A stretch of DNA of 64,000 nucleotides from a bacterium (lineage in GTDB: Bacteria; Bacteroidota; Ignavibacteria; Kapaibacteriales; UBA2268), in assembly GCA_024711295.1 (NCBI GenBank), contig JANJTB010000026.1, positions 48,808 through 112,807 of the forward strand, in the 5' to 3' direction. The translations under genes and the position numbers were made by a program. Shown one piece after another: positions 49,600-59,696 of the stretch; the stretch's first letter is position 1, and every line of letters starts with the position of its first letter. The notes below the pieces were generated by a model that saw only the letters and a list, made by a program, of their open reading frames with translations, did not search any database and was not told the DNA's origin.

Positions 49600-49742
49600 C
49601 TAATAAACTCTCCAAACAAAATATAAATATGTAAACGAACAAAAACTTTTTTGTTTTTTGCAAGCCTTATATTTATAAAGACACATCAATTTGAATTTTG
49701 TCCCAAAAAAAATGCATTTTTTTTATTTTTAATATTTTTTTA

Positions 49743-49780
49743 TAAAAAAAATCCCCCGGCTCTGTTACAAACCGGAGGAT
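49743..49780 (-). terminator. Rho-independent terminator after the 2066-aa gene (minus strand), also T-flanked on the plus strand
   Basis: ATCCCCCGG-ctctgttacaaa-CCGGAGGAT hairpin at 49751-49780 (9 bp, one mismatch). A7 on the plus strand at 49744-49750 gives the U-tract on the minus transcript. TTTTTT follows at 49789-49794. Confidence 0.5.
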
Positions 49781-49820
49781 ACACTGATTTTTTAACAATC
49801 AAGTGAGTTATGGTAAAACA

Positions 49821-52800
49821 TTATTTGATTACAACTAATCTTTGTACAAGCATAACACCATTAGATTTTAGTACAGCATTATAAACGCCGGAGCTTATGT
49901 TCAACTTATCGGCATTGATATTAATTGAATAAACACCTTCACTCTTTGTTTCATCAACAAGAATAGCTACTTCTGAACCAAGTTCATTGATGATTGAGAT
50001 TTTCACATTCGAGAGTTTAGGAATTTCAAATCCAATAGTAGATTGTGCATTTACAGGATTAGGAGTAGGAGTTCCCAATGAATAACCATTCATTGTAGAC
50101 ATATCTTTAACATCCGAAGTAGTTGTTGTAACTATAACATTGCTTTCTGTTGATTTTACAGTGCCACAGCTGTTTGTTACAGCAACATAGTACATTCCTG
50201 TATTTTCTTCTTTAACATCGTAAATCATGAGTGTGTTCTGGTTCTCGCCATCGATAGCAGTTTCATTAAAGTACCATTGGTAAGAAAGATCATTACCAAT
50301 TGCATCTATTGTTAGAGCTAAAACCTCACCTGTCTTGAGTGTAAGACTTGATTCAGGTTGAGATATAATTTCAGCCTTATTCTCAATGTTCACAACTGCA
50401 TCAACGGTAGTAAGACCTGTAACCGAACCAATATTCTTGACTAAACAGTAGTATGTACCGGATAAGCTCTTCTCAGCAGGGTTAATATGCAGGTCATGTG
50501 TATTTGAGCCCATAATTCCATTACCATCATTGATCGGTGCACCATTTCTATACCATTGATAAGTCAGATTAGCATTTGGTATATTTGTATTTGCGCGTAC
50601 ACTCAAGATAATATGTTCATCCTGGCAGGCATCAACACTCTGAGGTTGTTCTGTTATTTGAATTTCACCCTTGATAATTCCAAATCCGCGTGCTTCATCA
50701 AATCCACAATTACCTGTGACAACAACTTTGTAATCTTCACCAAAGTCAGCTGCCTGAACATTACGAATCATCAATACGTCTGATTTTGTTCCAATAAATC
50801 TACCACCATCAACTAAAGCAGTATTACCTTTGAACCACTGAACTTCAGGCTTTATTCCTTCAGGTGCACCATTAACATGAGCTCTGACTCTGAATGTAAC
50901 ATTATCACCTTCAATAACAGCTTGTGTAAATGGCTCATTAGTTATCTCTGTGCTTGTTGCAACATATATTGATGCAGGTTCAGACATAAATGAATATTTT
51001 CCAAAACAGTCTTCAGCATTAACTTCACAAGTGTAAACACCTACTTGCTCAAATGTAGCATCATTAATGTATAAAACCGGTTTATCAAAGTTAGGATTAT
51101 CACTTGCTGTCATTTTAATGCCATCTTTGTACCATTGATAGTTATAAACAACACCTGTTATATTAACACGTATAAATGAATCATCTCCGATGCAAAGTGT
51201 TTTGCTTTCAGGTTGTTGGTCAAGAACAAAGTATGGCCATATCGTAACTTCAATAGGGTCAGTAAATCTTTCTGCAGTTCCGCATGATGCTGAGCCTAAA
51301 ATCTTGCATCTGTATTTACCTGATTCGTTAGGGTCTGCATTAAATAAGTTTAAAGTAGGTGTATGTGCAGATGGGTATTGAGCCGGTGATAAATCAACAA
51401 ATCCCTGTCCGGCATCTCTTTGCCATCTGTAACCGAAAACTGTACCTGAAACAGATGTATTCAATGAAACATTGTCTCCAAAGCAAGTATGAGTTAGGTC
51501 TTTACCAACACTTGTACCTACCTGTGCAATTGAAATATTATCAAGTGGATCTGATAATGTTACATTTGAAATATTTGAATAAAGTACTGATGGACCGCAA
51601 TTTCCCGGTCCGGTAATTCTCAATCTATAGTCACCTACTGAGTTTTCAGCATCGTCCATAAGTCTAATTAAATCATGATGATTTGCTCCGGGAACATCAA
51701 TCCAATTTGAAGTTCCAGCTTTACGGAATTCCCATTGAAAATCAAAAATAGTTCCAACGGGATTAGTATAAAGGAATAAATTTGGTGATGTAGTACAAAC
51801 ATCACTATTAACTGGTTGAAGTGTTAATCCGATTGCTTGTTCAACTTTCATAAGTGTTTCAGTACTTACAAGTGTCTTGCCCATAAATGTGGCAGTAGCA
51901 TAATATCTTGCAGAGTCTGTCATTTTAATCGGATTAAACGTAACATTTTTGCCATTTTGACCAGACATAACTTGACCGTTCTTATACCATTGCATTGAAA
52001 TAGACTGAATACCAGAACGTTCAACACCATCAGCAAAACCAGTTACTTGTGGGTCAAATGAAACAGTTGCAACATCATTTACGCACTGTACTTCATTTGA
52101 AGGTGCAATCTTGGTATCGTTTACCAATTCGAATACTGCATTTACTTCGTCAGCACCATAATAAGTCGGGTTGTTTCTCTGTTCGCCCTCTGCATCTGTG
52201 CTAACTTCGGGAATTCCTGCAAACATGAAGTTTGAATTGCCTATACTAGTGCCGTTAATATGAAGGTCATTGTCCATATTAATAAAAACAGGTTGACCTT
52301 GTCGGGAGTTAGCATCTCTTCCTGTACGTGAACGCCACGAGTTAAGATCAATAGATGTATTAAATGGAGTTGCAGTTCCAAACCCACCGACTATGCCTGC
52401 TGAACCACCAACAGAATAAAGATTGTGATCTAACTGTGCAAATGAACTTGCAATTGAAGAGCCCCATACGAAAATATTGAATGAACGTGTACCATTGACT
52501 CCTTGTAATGAATTGTGCAGAATGTTACCACGTATATCCATATTTGAATAAGTAGAAGTATATAAAATATTTGCTGTTAGTGACGCCGAAGAATTCGTAG
52601 CTTGCTGATTTCCGGTCATAACGATTGTATTATGCCAAATCCTATGTCCTGAACCCCCTGCGATACGAATTCCAAACGGATTATAAGTAGTTGAAGTTTG
52701 TGAGTATCTATCAGTTTTGATGTCTGAAATCATATTATTCATTAAAGTATGATTATTACCGCTTATAATATTAATACCATAAGCACCCCATCCACCAGTG

Positions 52801-55800
52801 GAAGTGTACCATATCTTGTTTATGTAATTTCCATCACAAATTATACCTGATGCTAAAGTAGTACTTCCTAATTGAATTCCCCATTTAGATGATGCAGTAT
52901 TGTTAATTCCAAAAATTGTATTTCGTCGAATCAATCCATTTGGTGCGTTCTGTACATCAATACCAAATTGATATATCTGATTTGATGTATTATTATCACC
53001 AATAGAATTACCTTCAATCAAGAGATTATATAAGAATTGACCGGTTGATGTGCCACCTCTGGCAAGAATTCCCATTTGAGAACGGTAAATTCTATTGTTC
53101 CTGATTGTCAAATTATTAAGATTAAAAGCTGATGCTGATGTTGAAACAGTTCCATCACTGACAATAATCGCTACTGAAGTAGCGTTAAAATTGCTATGAT
53201 ATATATTACAGTTTTCAATTGTAATATCATTACCCCCTGTACCACTATTGCTTCCGATCATAACACATGCGCGTGGCGAAGTATTTGAAGTGTTATTAAT
53301 AGATAAATATCTGCCACTACCATCATGACTTCCATCAAATGAAACATTATTTGCTCCAATAATTCTGATAACGGCACTTGAAGGTATATCACCTGATATT
53401 ACTCTTTCTGTTGTTGAATTTGGCCTAAACGTAACTTTATGAATACCACCTTCGTATGTTAGACGACTAAGTGCAACTTCATTTGTTTCAGTTAAGTTTG
53501 ATGTTATGTATACATTTACTTCACCTGTTACAACGTTATCCATGATATACTTAAAAAATCCGTCAGCACCAGTCAGATTTGTATATGATTGATTTGATCC
53601 AACATTGTAATTGCCGGATATTGCAGCTGCAACTCTGTAACTATCTGATTCATTAAATGGGAAATTTGTTGAAGTTAAATTTGTTGAAGTTGGCAAATTT
53701 GTAAATAACCCACTAGTTATAGAAATATTTTTCTTAACGGCAATATCTTGAGCAATTATAAAATATTCAAAAATATCACCGATCGATATTCCTCCATTTA
53801 TTCTTGAGTAATCAAGAATAAAAGTAAACTCATCACCATTTTGAATTCCAGTAGAATATTTCCATCCGCTAGTAGTTGATGAATTACTATTGTATGTATT
53901 ATCCTGACTCGCTTTCCTATAATAAAGCCTTGGCTCGGAAGATGCGATACTAACCCCTGTCCTATCAGTAATTTTAGCAGTAACAACACGATTGTCCTGA
54001 CTTGTAGTAGTACTCAACTTCGTAAACTGAATATCAGGACCAACGATATCATCAGCTTCTTCGTAACAACCGGGTGTAGGAGCAGAATTACTTCTTGTTG
54101 TTCCTAAAATGTCCGTTTCGTAACCTGATATAGCAGTACCTTTACCTATTATTGGCGACCCGTTGAATGGTGCTAAAACACTAATAGAATTAAACATTGG
54201 ATCGAAATTAATAGAATTTGATTCTCTTGATGTAGCGGATTTCCAATCATTTAATGTAGTTCTAATTCCATTCAAATACCCAATAGCACCATTAGATCCA
54301 GGTACATAATAATTATTATAATCAAAAGTTGAACTTGTTAAATTACCAGTTCCCGCCAAATATATTGCATAACGCCAACTACCAGGTTGGGCTGAAACAT
54401 CATTGTAGAAATTATTATTCCTTACATCTAAAGAATTAACTGCTGTAGATGATATCCACAAACACACAGGTTGTGACAATGAACTTCCGACAGAGAACTG
54501 CTCACCAGTAAGATTAACACTGTTATAATACAATTTATAACCTGTTCCTGATGTAAATAGAAAACCTACGGGATTGGTTGTGTTTCCTGTACTATAACGG
54601 GTTGTCAATAAGTTAGAAATGGAATTGTTTGCAAAAACTGAACTATTTGAGGATAATATATAAAAGCCAATTGCACCAGTTACGCTTGATCCGTTACTGT
54701 ATATTCTATCAATATAATTACCTGTAAAATTAGATTGAGTACATGATGTAGCATAAATAGTATAAAAATATGCACCATTCTGCAAATTTATTAATTTATT
54801 ATTGCTAATATTAGCATAAGAAGTAGATGTCAAATATATGCCATAGTTGGTAGATGTTCCTGTATTCGAAAAATTTTCGAATGAATTATCATAAATATCT
54901 GAGTAACTACTTGATGAAAAGTAATAGCCATAAGTTGTAGTTGTATTTGAAGCATTCTTCAATTTGTTACCATATACTTCAGAATAGGAACCTGAACTTA
55001 AGTAATAACCGTAAAATGTTGATCCAGCTGAAACATTTGATATAGAGTTATTGTAAATTTTTGAATAAGATCCTGATGATAAGTAAACACCATAAAATGC
55101 ACTCGTTGCTTTAATGTTATTCAGTGTGTTACCATAAATCTCTGCTTCTGAACAATTTACAGAGTAAATCGAATAAAAGGAACTTGGATGATTGGAATTT
55201 TGTATTGTATTGTTATATATTTTTACACCATTTGAATAGTATACATACATAACATAAATAGTTGATGTATGGTCAATATAATCAAAAACATTATCGTAAA
55301 TCTCGGTATCTTGAGTATAGTATATATACAAAGGTTGATAAGATACTGATTCTGTTAATGTTGATGAACCAAAAACATTTCCATAAATTTTTGTATTAAT
55401 ATGCAATCTACCGGATGTAGAATATGCTCTAACACCTTGGTACATCATTTTGAAATGATTGTATGCAATCTCATTGCCTGAACTTGATGCAGAACCTGTA
55501 TAACTATTACTGACTGACAAACAAACACCGTAACTACCTGTTTTGCTTCCACCCGTTATATTACAATACATAATTTTATTATCATTTGCGGGATCTTGAC
55601 TGGTAGTAAGTGAGTCAATACGAATTACTGCTCCTGAAGTATTATTTTTGAAAGTCAGATTTCTGCTATCTCCACTTTGATTAGCTCTTCCATCAATTGT
55701 AACATTATCTGCACCCTGAAGCCATAAAACTCCGTTTGTATTTGTAATCTGGACTGTATAAGTACCTGTAGGATAAATTAATATTGAACTGTAATCAGCA

Positions 55801-56021
55801 TTACCAACACCAGATCCATATAAAATTGGATTAGATGTTTCTGTAATATTATTGGTAATTTGAACCACAATATCACCTGTATGAGTACCTGAATTAATAG
55901 CATTAAATGCTGTTGCAAGGTTTGAATAGGTAGTAGAACCTATTGTTACTTGCCCAAACGCTGTTGTAGCATACACAAAGAATGCTATCAACAACGACAT
56001 CTTAGTAATTAATCTAACCAT
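49821..56021 (-). CDS. Giant secreted T9SS cargo protein (2066 aa): right-handed parallel beta-helix region, several Ig-like domains and a T9SS C-terminal sorting domain; putative adhesin or polysaccharide-acting surface protein
   Basis: Signal peptide. Repetitive 'IYxNxIxN...SGSYS' coils. Ig-like modules with Y-x-C patterns ('GKYRCKILGSASCG', 'GVYTCEVNAEDC', 'GTYYCLVKN'). C-terminal '...GVYNAVLKSNGVMLVQRLVVIK'. Confidence 0.65.
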   Translation of the reverse strand: MVRLITKMSLLIAFFVYATTAFGQVTIGSTTYSNLATAFNAINSGTHTGDIVVQITNNITETSNPILYGSGVGNADYSSILIYPTGTYTVQITNTNGVLWLQGADNVTIDGRANQSGDSRNLTFKNNTSGAVIRIDSLTTSQDPANDNKIMYCNITGGSKTGSYGVCLSVSNSYTGSASSSGNEIAYNHFKMMYQGVRAYSTSGRLHINTKIYGNVFGSSTLTESVSYQPLYIYYTQDTEIYDNVFDYIDHTSTIYVMYVYYSNGVKIYNNTIQNSNHPSSFYSIYSVNCSEAEIYGNTLNNIKATSAFYGVYLSSGSYSKIYNNSISNVSAGSTFYGYYLSSGSYSEVYGNKLKNASNTTTTYGYYFSSSSYSDIYDNSFENFSNTGTSTNYGIYLTSTSYANISNNKLINLQNGAYFYTIYATSCTQSNFTGNYIDRIYSNGSSVTGAIGFYILSSNSSVFANNSISNLLTTRYSTGNTTNPVGFLFTSGTGYKLYYNSVNLTGEQFSVGSSLSQPVCLWISSTAVNSLDVRNNNFYNDVSAQPGSWRYAIYLAGTGNLTSSTFDYNNYYVPGSNGAIGYLNGIRTTLNDWKSATSRESNSINFDPMFNSISVLAPFNGSPIIGKGTAISGYETDILGTTRSNSAPTPGCYEEADDIVGPDIQFTKLSTTTSQDNRVVTAKITDRTGVSIASSEPRLYYRKASQDNTYNSNSSTTSGWKYSTGIQNGDEFTFILDYSRINGGISIGDIFEYFIIAQDIAVKKNISITSGLFTNLPTSTNLTSTNFPFNESDSYRVAAAISGNYNVGSNQSYTNLTGADGFFKYIMDNVVTGEVNVYITSNLTETNEVALSRLTYEGGIHKVTFRPNSTTERVISGDIPSSAVIRIIGANNVSFDGSHDGSGRYLSINNTSNTSPRACVMIGSNSGTGGNDITIENCNIYHSNFNATSVAIIVSDGTVSTSASAFNLNNLTIRNNRIYRSQMGILARGGTSTGQFLYNLLIEGNSIGDNNTSNQIYQFGIDVQNAPNGLIRRNTIFGINNTASSKWGIQLGSTTLASGIICDGNYINKIWYTSTGGWGAYGINIISGNNHTLMNNMISDIKTDRYSQTSTTYNPFGIRIAGGSGHRIWHNTIVMTGNQQATNSSASLTANILYTSTYSNMDIRGNILHNSLQGVNGTRSFNIFVWGSSIASSFAQLDHNLYSVGGSAGIVGGFGTATPFNTSIDLNSWRSRTGRDANSRQGQPVFINMDNDLHINGTSIGNSNFMFAGIPEVSTDAEGEQRNNPTYYGADEVNAVFELVNDTKIAPSNEVQCVNDVATVSFDPQVTGFADGVERSGIQSISMQWYKNGQVMSGQNGKNVTFNPIKMTDSARYYATATFMGKTLVSTETLMKVEQAIGLTLQPVNSDVCTTSPNLFLYTNPVGTIFDFQWEFRKAGTSNWIDVPGANHHDLIRLMDDAENSVGDYRLRITGPGNCGPSVLYSNISNVTLSDPLDNISIAQVGTSVGKDLTHTCFGDNVSLNTSVSGTVFGYRWQRDAGQGFVDLSPAQYPSAHTPTLNLFNADPNESGKYRCKILGSASCGTAERFTDPIEVTIWPYFVLDQQPESKTLCIGDDSFIRVNITGVVYNYQWYKDGIKMTASDNPNFDKPVLYINDATFEQVGVYTCEVNAEDCFGKYSFMSEPASIYVATSTEITNEPFTQAVIEGDNVTFRVRAHVNGAPEGIKPEVQWFKGNTALVDGGRFIGTKSDVLMIRNVQAADFGEDYKVVVTGNCGFDEARGFGIIKGEIQITEQPQSVDACQDEHIILSVRANTNIPNANLTYQWYRNGAPINDGNGIMGSNTHDLHINPAEKSLSGTYYCLVKNIGSVTGLTTVDAVVNIENKAEIISQPESSLTLKTGEVLALTIDAIGNDLSYQWYFNETAIDGENQNTLMIYDVKEENTGMYYVAVTNSCGTVKSTESNVIVTTTTSDVKDMSTMNGYSLGTPTPNPVNAQSTIGFEIPKLSNVKISIINELGSEVAILVDETKSEGVYSININADKLNISSGVYNAVLKSNGVMLVQRLVVIK
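54610..55320 (-). repeat. Degenerate tandem coding repeats of about 66 bp (22-residue beta-solenoid coils, 8 or more copies)
   Basis: Protein residues about 235-470: '...NCSEAEIYGNTLNNIKATSAFYGVYLS / SGSYSKIYNNSISNVSAGSTFYGYYLS / SGSYSEVYGNKLKNASNTTTTYGYYFS / SSSYSDIYDNSFENFSNTGTSTNYGIYLT / STSYANISNNKLINLQNGAYFYTIYAT...'. Confidence 0.55.
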
Positions 56022-56334
56022 AAACCACCATTAAGTTAATAAATGAATGTAATATTATTGAATTTTTCGATTAGCATTATTTACACAAAATTCATTTTCA
56101 GCAAACTAAATCTTTGATATTTTGTGCAACAATTTAATTAACGAAAATAACGAATTTAGAGTGTAAATGCAAGAAAAATCAATAACTTACGAATTATTTA
56201 ATATTAACAGTGAATTAATTTTTAGTTAATTTTTTTATTCATTTTAAATTCATAATTGAACGATATTGAGCGAAATCAAACGTGATAAATATTCTTGATT
56301 AATTTAATTTTCATTTAAAATTAATATATTCATA

Positions 56335-56378
56335 TAAAAAAAAATTGGGAATTTTTTTAATCCCCAATTTTCTTTTTA
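56335..56378 (-). terminator. Bidirectional hairpin terminator downstream of the cytochrome oxidase cluster
   Basis: AATTGGGAAT-ttttttta-ATCCCCAATT hairpin at 56343-56369. Flanked by an A-run (plus strand, 56335-56344) and a T-run at 56368-56377. Confidence 0.45.
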
Positions 56379-56395
56379 AAATATACAGTAATCAA

Positions 56396-57796
56396 CTATT
56401 TGAGTAATGCAGTAACGGAATCTTTTGGAGTAGAACTCTCTTCTTTTTTGTCACTGTATTTCTCAATCAAATAATCAGCTACAGCTTTCACTTCAGCAGG
56501 AGTTAAGCCTTGATTTGGCATAGGTGCCCATTTAGGATTAACAGGAACAGGATTGGATATAAACCTTACCAAAGCAGCTTGTGGGTCTGCTTGTGACAAA
56601 TACTTAGCCATAATATTCTTATGAGCAGGAGCTGTGGGTGAGTCTTCGTCACGATGGCAAGCCATACATCTCTTATAAACCTCTGCACCATCTATCTTAA
56701 CCTCTGCAACACCCATTGAAGCAAGAAAATCAGCTTTGTGTTTTTTGTATTCTTCATTCAGAACAAGAACATGGTCGTGATTTGCAACACTAAATGCTAA
56801 CTTTTCACGAATTCCCAACATAGCAAATGCAAAAATAAACAAGAAGAAAGCGTATTTTATCAACCCTATGTTGTTATTCTTTAATAATCCATAAACTTGA
56901 TGCATAGCAGCAAATACAGCCAAAACACCTAATAATGTTGTAACAAAGAACATTGGACTTATTGAAGTTTTAGGTGTCGTAAATATTCCGATCAAAAAGA
57001 AAACAGGCATAATCAACAATGTAATGATAGCAATCCAGCTGTTTAAACCTTTAGCATAAGCAGTATATTCATCACTATCATGGTTTCTGTCAGCTTCCCA
57101 ATAATATTTACGGAATAAAAATGCAACAGAAGTAAGAGCAAATGAAGCAACAAGAAACTGAGTAAAGTTAAGCAATGTTCGACCTGATAGCAACACAGTA
57201 ATAATACTGCTTCCTTCCCATGCAGGCTTATTTGCAGATAAAGAAACTGCACCAATAAAGAACCATAAAGAAATAGTCATAAAAACCAAACCCCAGGTTC
57301 CGGTAGAACCTTTGGATAAAGTAGCTTCCTGATTTATTTCTTCTATTTCGTCAATAGTAGCATCCGGAACTTTACCAACTATCTGTTCTTTGATATTAGT
57401 AAAGATGTTGCTCAAGTGCAATGAATTTTTGTATGCAAATAATGACGAAATACCGAACATATATAAAATTAATGATATGAATAGATATGATACAACTCCA
57501 ATATCTACTTTATGCAACAATTGAGCATAGATAAATATTATTGAAAGAAATGTAACTACACCTAATCCATAGCCATAAGATTTTTTATCAGTAGCAATAT
57601 CTGCAAAATCTTTTGTCAAGAAACTATATTTATTGAAGCCCTTTGATTTGCCTCTGAAATATACAGACAAAATCATACTACCATAAAGAGCTCCGGTATA
57701 AACAAAAAATATGGAAAGACCCAGCATCAAGAAATAATTTAAAAGAACCAAATTATACTCTGGCTGTGGTATAACTAATTTGTCCAATAATTCCAT
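56396..57796 (-). CDS. Polytopic membrane protein fused to a C-terminal class I c-type cytochrome domain
   Basis: 466 aa. About 9 transmembrane helices over residues 1-340. Haem-binding motif 'CMACH' at about residue 370 with a downstream Met (PMPNQ...). It is the last gene of the cox/ctaB cluster. Confidence 0.5.
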   Translation of the reverse strand: MELLDKLVIPQPEYNLVLLNYFLMLGLSIFFVYTGALYGSMILSVYFRGKSKGFNKYSFLTKDFADIATDKKSYGYGLGVVTFLSIIFIYAQLLHKVDIGVVSYLFISLILYMFGISSLFAYKNSLHLSNIFTNIKEQIVGKVPDATIDEIEEINQEATLSKGSTGTWGLVFMTISLWFFIGAVSLSANKPAWEGSSIITVLLSGRTLLNFTQFLVASFALTSVAFLFRKYYWEADRNHDSDEYTAYAKGLNSWIAIITLLIMPVFFLIGIFTTPKTSISPMFFVTTLLGVLAVFAAMHQVYGLLKNNNIGLIKYAFFLFIFAFAMLGIREKLAFSVANHDHVLVLNEEYKKHKADFLASMGVAEVKIDGAEVYKRCMACHRDEDSPTAPAHKNIMAKYLSQADPQAALVRFISNPVPVNPKWAPMPNQGLTPAEVKAVADYLIEKYSDKKEESSTPKDSVTALLK

Positions 57797-57825
57797 ATTA
57801 AAATGCCTCTCTTATTTTTTTATTT

Positions 57826-58698
57826 TTAATACACAAATTGATCAATAGACAATAAAGTAATTACTGTCAGCACATATAAATTAATATCAACAAAAGCTAA
57901 CCTGGAGTTAAATTTACTATCATAGCTTGCAACTAAAGATTTAGCCCGCCAAAGCAATATAAATCCTGCAACTAGTAACAGAAAATTTGTAAGAGTGTTG
58001 TGAGTCATTCCAAAAAATGGAATCATCATACAACTAGCAGCCAAAGCTGCAACCCAAACATAAGTGATTCTTTTTAACTGTAAATCAGAGAAGTATTTGC
58101 TTAGAGTCGGAAATCCGGCTCTACGATAATCTTCATCAAATATTAGTAACAAGAACCAAAAATGTGGAATCTGCCAAATGAAGAAGAACATAGCCAAAAC
58201 ATACATCTTTGGATCAGCAATACTTCCTCCAGCGGCTGCCCAGCCGATAGCAGGGGGCAAAGCACCAACCAATGCACCGGGCATAATAGCAAATGCGCTA
58301 ACTCTCTTAAGTGGGGTATAAATCAAATTATAAGATAATAAAGCACCTATTCCAAGCAAAAATGCTGAAAAATTTGAAAAATACCATATCAGCCCCAACC
58401 CCAGCATACTCAGCACAAAAACAGTAAGTAAAGCAAAATTATTACTAACCTTTCCTGATGGAAGTGGTCTGTTTTTTGTTCTGTTCATCATTGAGTCTGT
58501 GTTGATTTCCTGATAATGATTCAGAGCTGCTGAACCACAGGATAGCAAGAAAATACCAATCAAAACCGGAATAACATTTAGGTCTAATCCATTACCGGCT
58601 TGTATGTAACCTACTAACCCGGATATGGCAACAAAAAAAGTAATTCTCACTTTTGATAACTCTAATATCGAATCAATATATACTTGTATGTCTCTCAA
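57826..58698 (-). CDS. ctaB: Protohaem IX farnesyltransferase (haem O synthase)
   Basis: UbiA-family motifs 'NHYQEINTDSMMNRTKNRPLPSG' and a second Asp-rich region ('DEDYRRAGFP'). Confidence 0.85.
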   Translation of the reverse strand: MRDIQVYIDSILELSKVRITFFVAISGLVGYIQAGNGLDLNVIPVLIGIFLLSCGSAALNHYQEINTDSMMNRTKNRPLPSGKVSNNFALLTVFVLSMLGLGLIWYFSNFSAFLLGIGALLSYNLIYTPLKRVSAFAIMPGALVGALPPAIGWAAAGGSIADPKMYVLAMFFFIWQIPHFWFLLLIFDEDYRRAGFPTLSKYFSDLQLKRITYVWVAALAASCMMIPFFGMTHNTLTNFLLLVAGFILLWRAKSLVASYDSKFNSRLAFVDINLYVLTVITLLSIDQFVY

Positions 58699-58710
58699 TT
58701 AAACTCTCTA

Positions 58711-59349
58711 TTATTTTTTTTCTTCAACGGGTTTCGTCTGGGTAGCATCTACTTTTGAAACCCACTGGTCAAATTGATGATCTTCTACTATATGAAGTTT
58801 TGTGTACATCTTAGAGTGGTTTAATCCACAATACTCAGCACATGCAATATCATATACTCCTGTAGTTTTGGGAGTAAGGATCATAAAATGATTCTTGCCA
58901 CCTATAACATCCTCTTTTAATCTGAATGCAGGAACATAGAAGCTGTGATTTACATCTCTTGAAGTAAGAATCAATTTAGTTTTCTTTGATAATGGCAAAT
59001 AAAGTGTATCACTTGTTTTACCATTTGGATATTCAAAATTCCAACCCCACATAAAAGCAAACACTTTTACTTCATAAGCATTATCAACATCAGCCCTAAG
59101 CTTTTGATAACCTTCGAAACCATACCAAAACATTACAATTACAATAATCGTAGGAACTACTATCCAAATTATTTCGAGCAGAACATTGCCGTGAATTTGT
59201 TCTGCAACCGGGTGTTTTTTTCTGTTGTAGCGAAAAACAAAGTAAATCATTGCGATGGTAATCCCTAAGAGCAATACTATTGAAATACCAACAATAATCA
59301 GCATTACTAAATCAACAGAATCGGCGTAATTTGAAGCTGAATTAAACAT
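58711..59349 (-). CDS. coxB: Cytochrome c oxidase subunit II (CuA cupredoxin, no fused cytochrome c)
   Basis: Two N-terminal transmembrane helices. CuA ligands 'H...CAEYCGLNHSKM'. Confidence 0.8.
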   Translation of the reverse strand: MFNSASNYADSVDLVMLIIVGISIVLLLGITIAMIYFVFRYNRKKHPVAEQIHGNVLLEIIWIVVPTIIVIVMFWYGFEGYQKLRADVDNAYEVKVFAFMWGWNFEYPNGKTSDTLYLPLSKKTKLILTSRDVNHSFYVPAFRLKEDVIGGKNHFMILTPKTTGVYDIACAEYCGLNHSKMYTKLHIVEDHQFDQWVSKVDATQTKPVEEKK

Positions 59350-59358
59350 TATCTAACC

Positions 59359-59685
59359 TCACCTGTAAAATACGTCAAAACCTGTCAATACAAAAACTAC
59401 AAACAGAACAAGTATGACAAGTATCAGAAAAATTTTAAAAATAGCATCATCAAACTTGATGTGCATAAAATAATTAATTACAAAAGTACTTTTAACAGCT
59501 GCCACAAGCATAGCTACAAATAGTGTAAAATTACCTAAATCAATACCTGCTACCGCTACTGTGATCACTGTCAAAGAGATTAAAATTAGCCAAATCATAA
59601 TGTTAATACCATAACTTGGATCGTGCGCATGAGCTATACGTCCATCATCGGTGTGAGCATTGTGTGTATTGGAAATGTCTGACAT
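59359..59685 (-). CDS. Small 3-transmembrane cytochrome oxidase subunit IV-like protein (CtaF/CoxD-type)
   Basis: 108 aa, hydrophobic. Position between coxC and coxB. His-rich N-terminus. Confidence 0.5.
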   Translation of the reverse strand: MSDISNTHNAHTDDGRIAHAHDPSYGINIMIWLILISLTVITVAVAGIDLGNFTLFVAMLVAAVKSTFVINYFMHIKFDDAIFKIFLILVILVLFVVFVLTGFDVFYR

Positions 59686-59696
59686 TGATTACCTCA

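Noticed and set aside
58711-59349. Doubt that this is CoxII, because it follows subunits I, III and IV instead of preceding them
   Set aside because: The sequence has two N-terminal transmembrane helices and a complete CuA ligand set (H ... CAEYCGLNHSKM), so the call stands. The odd order is reported as a finding instead.
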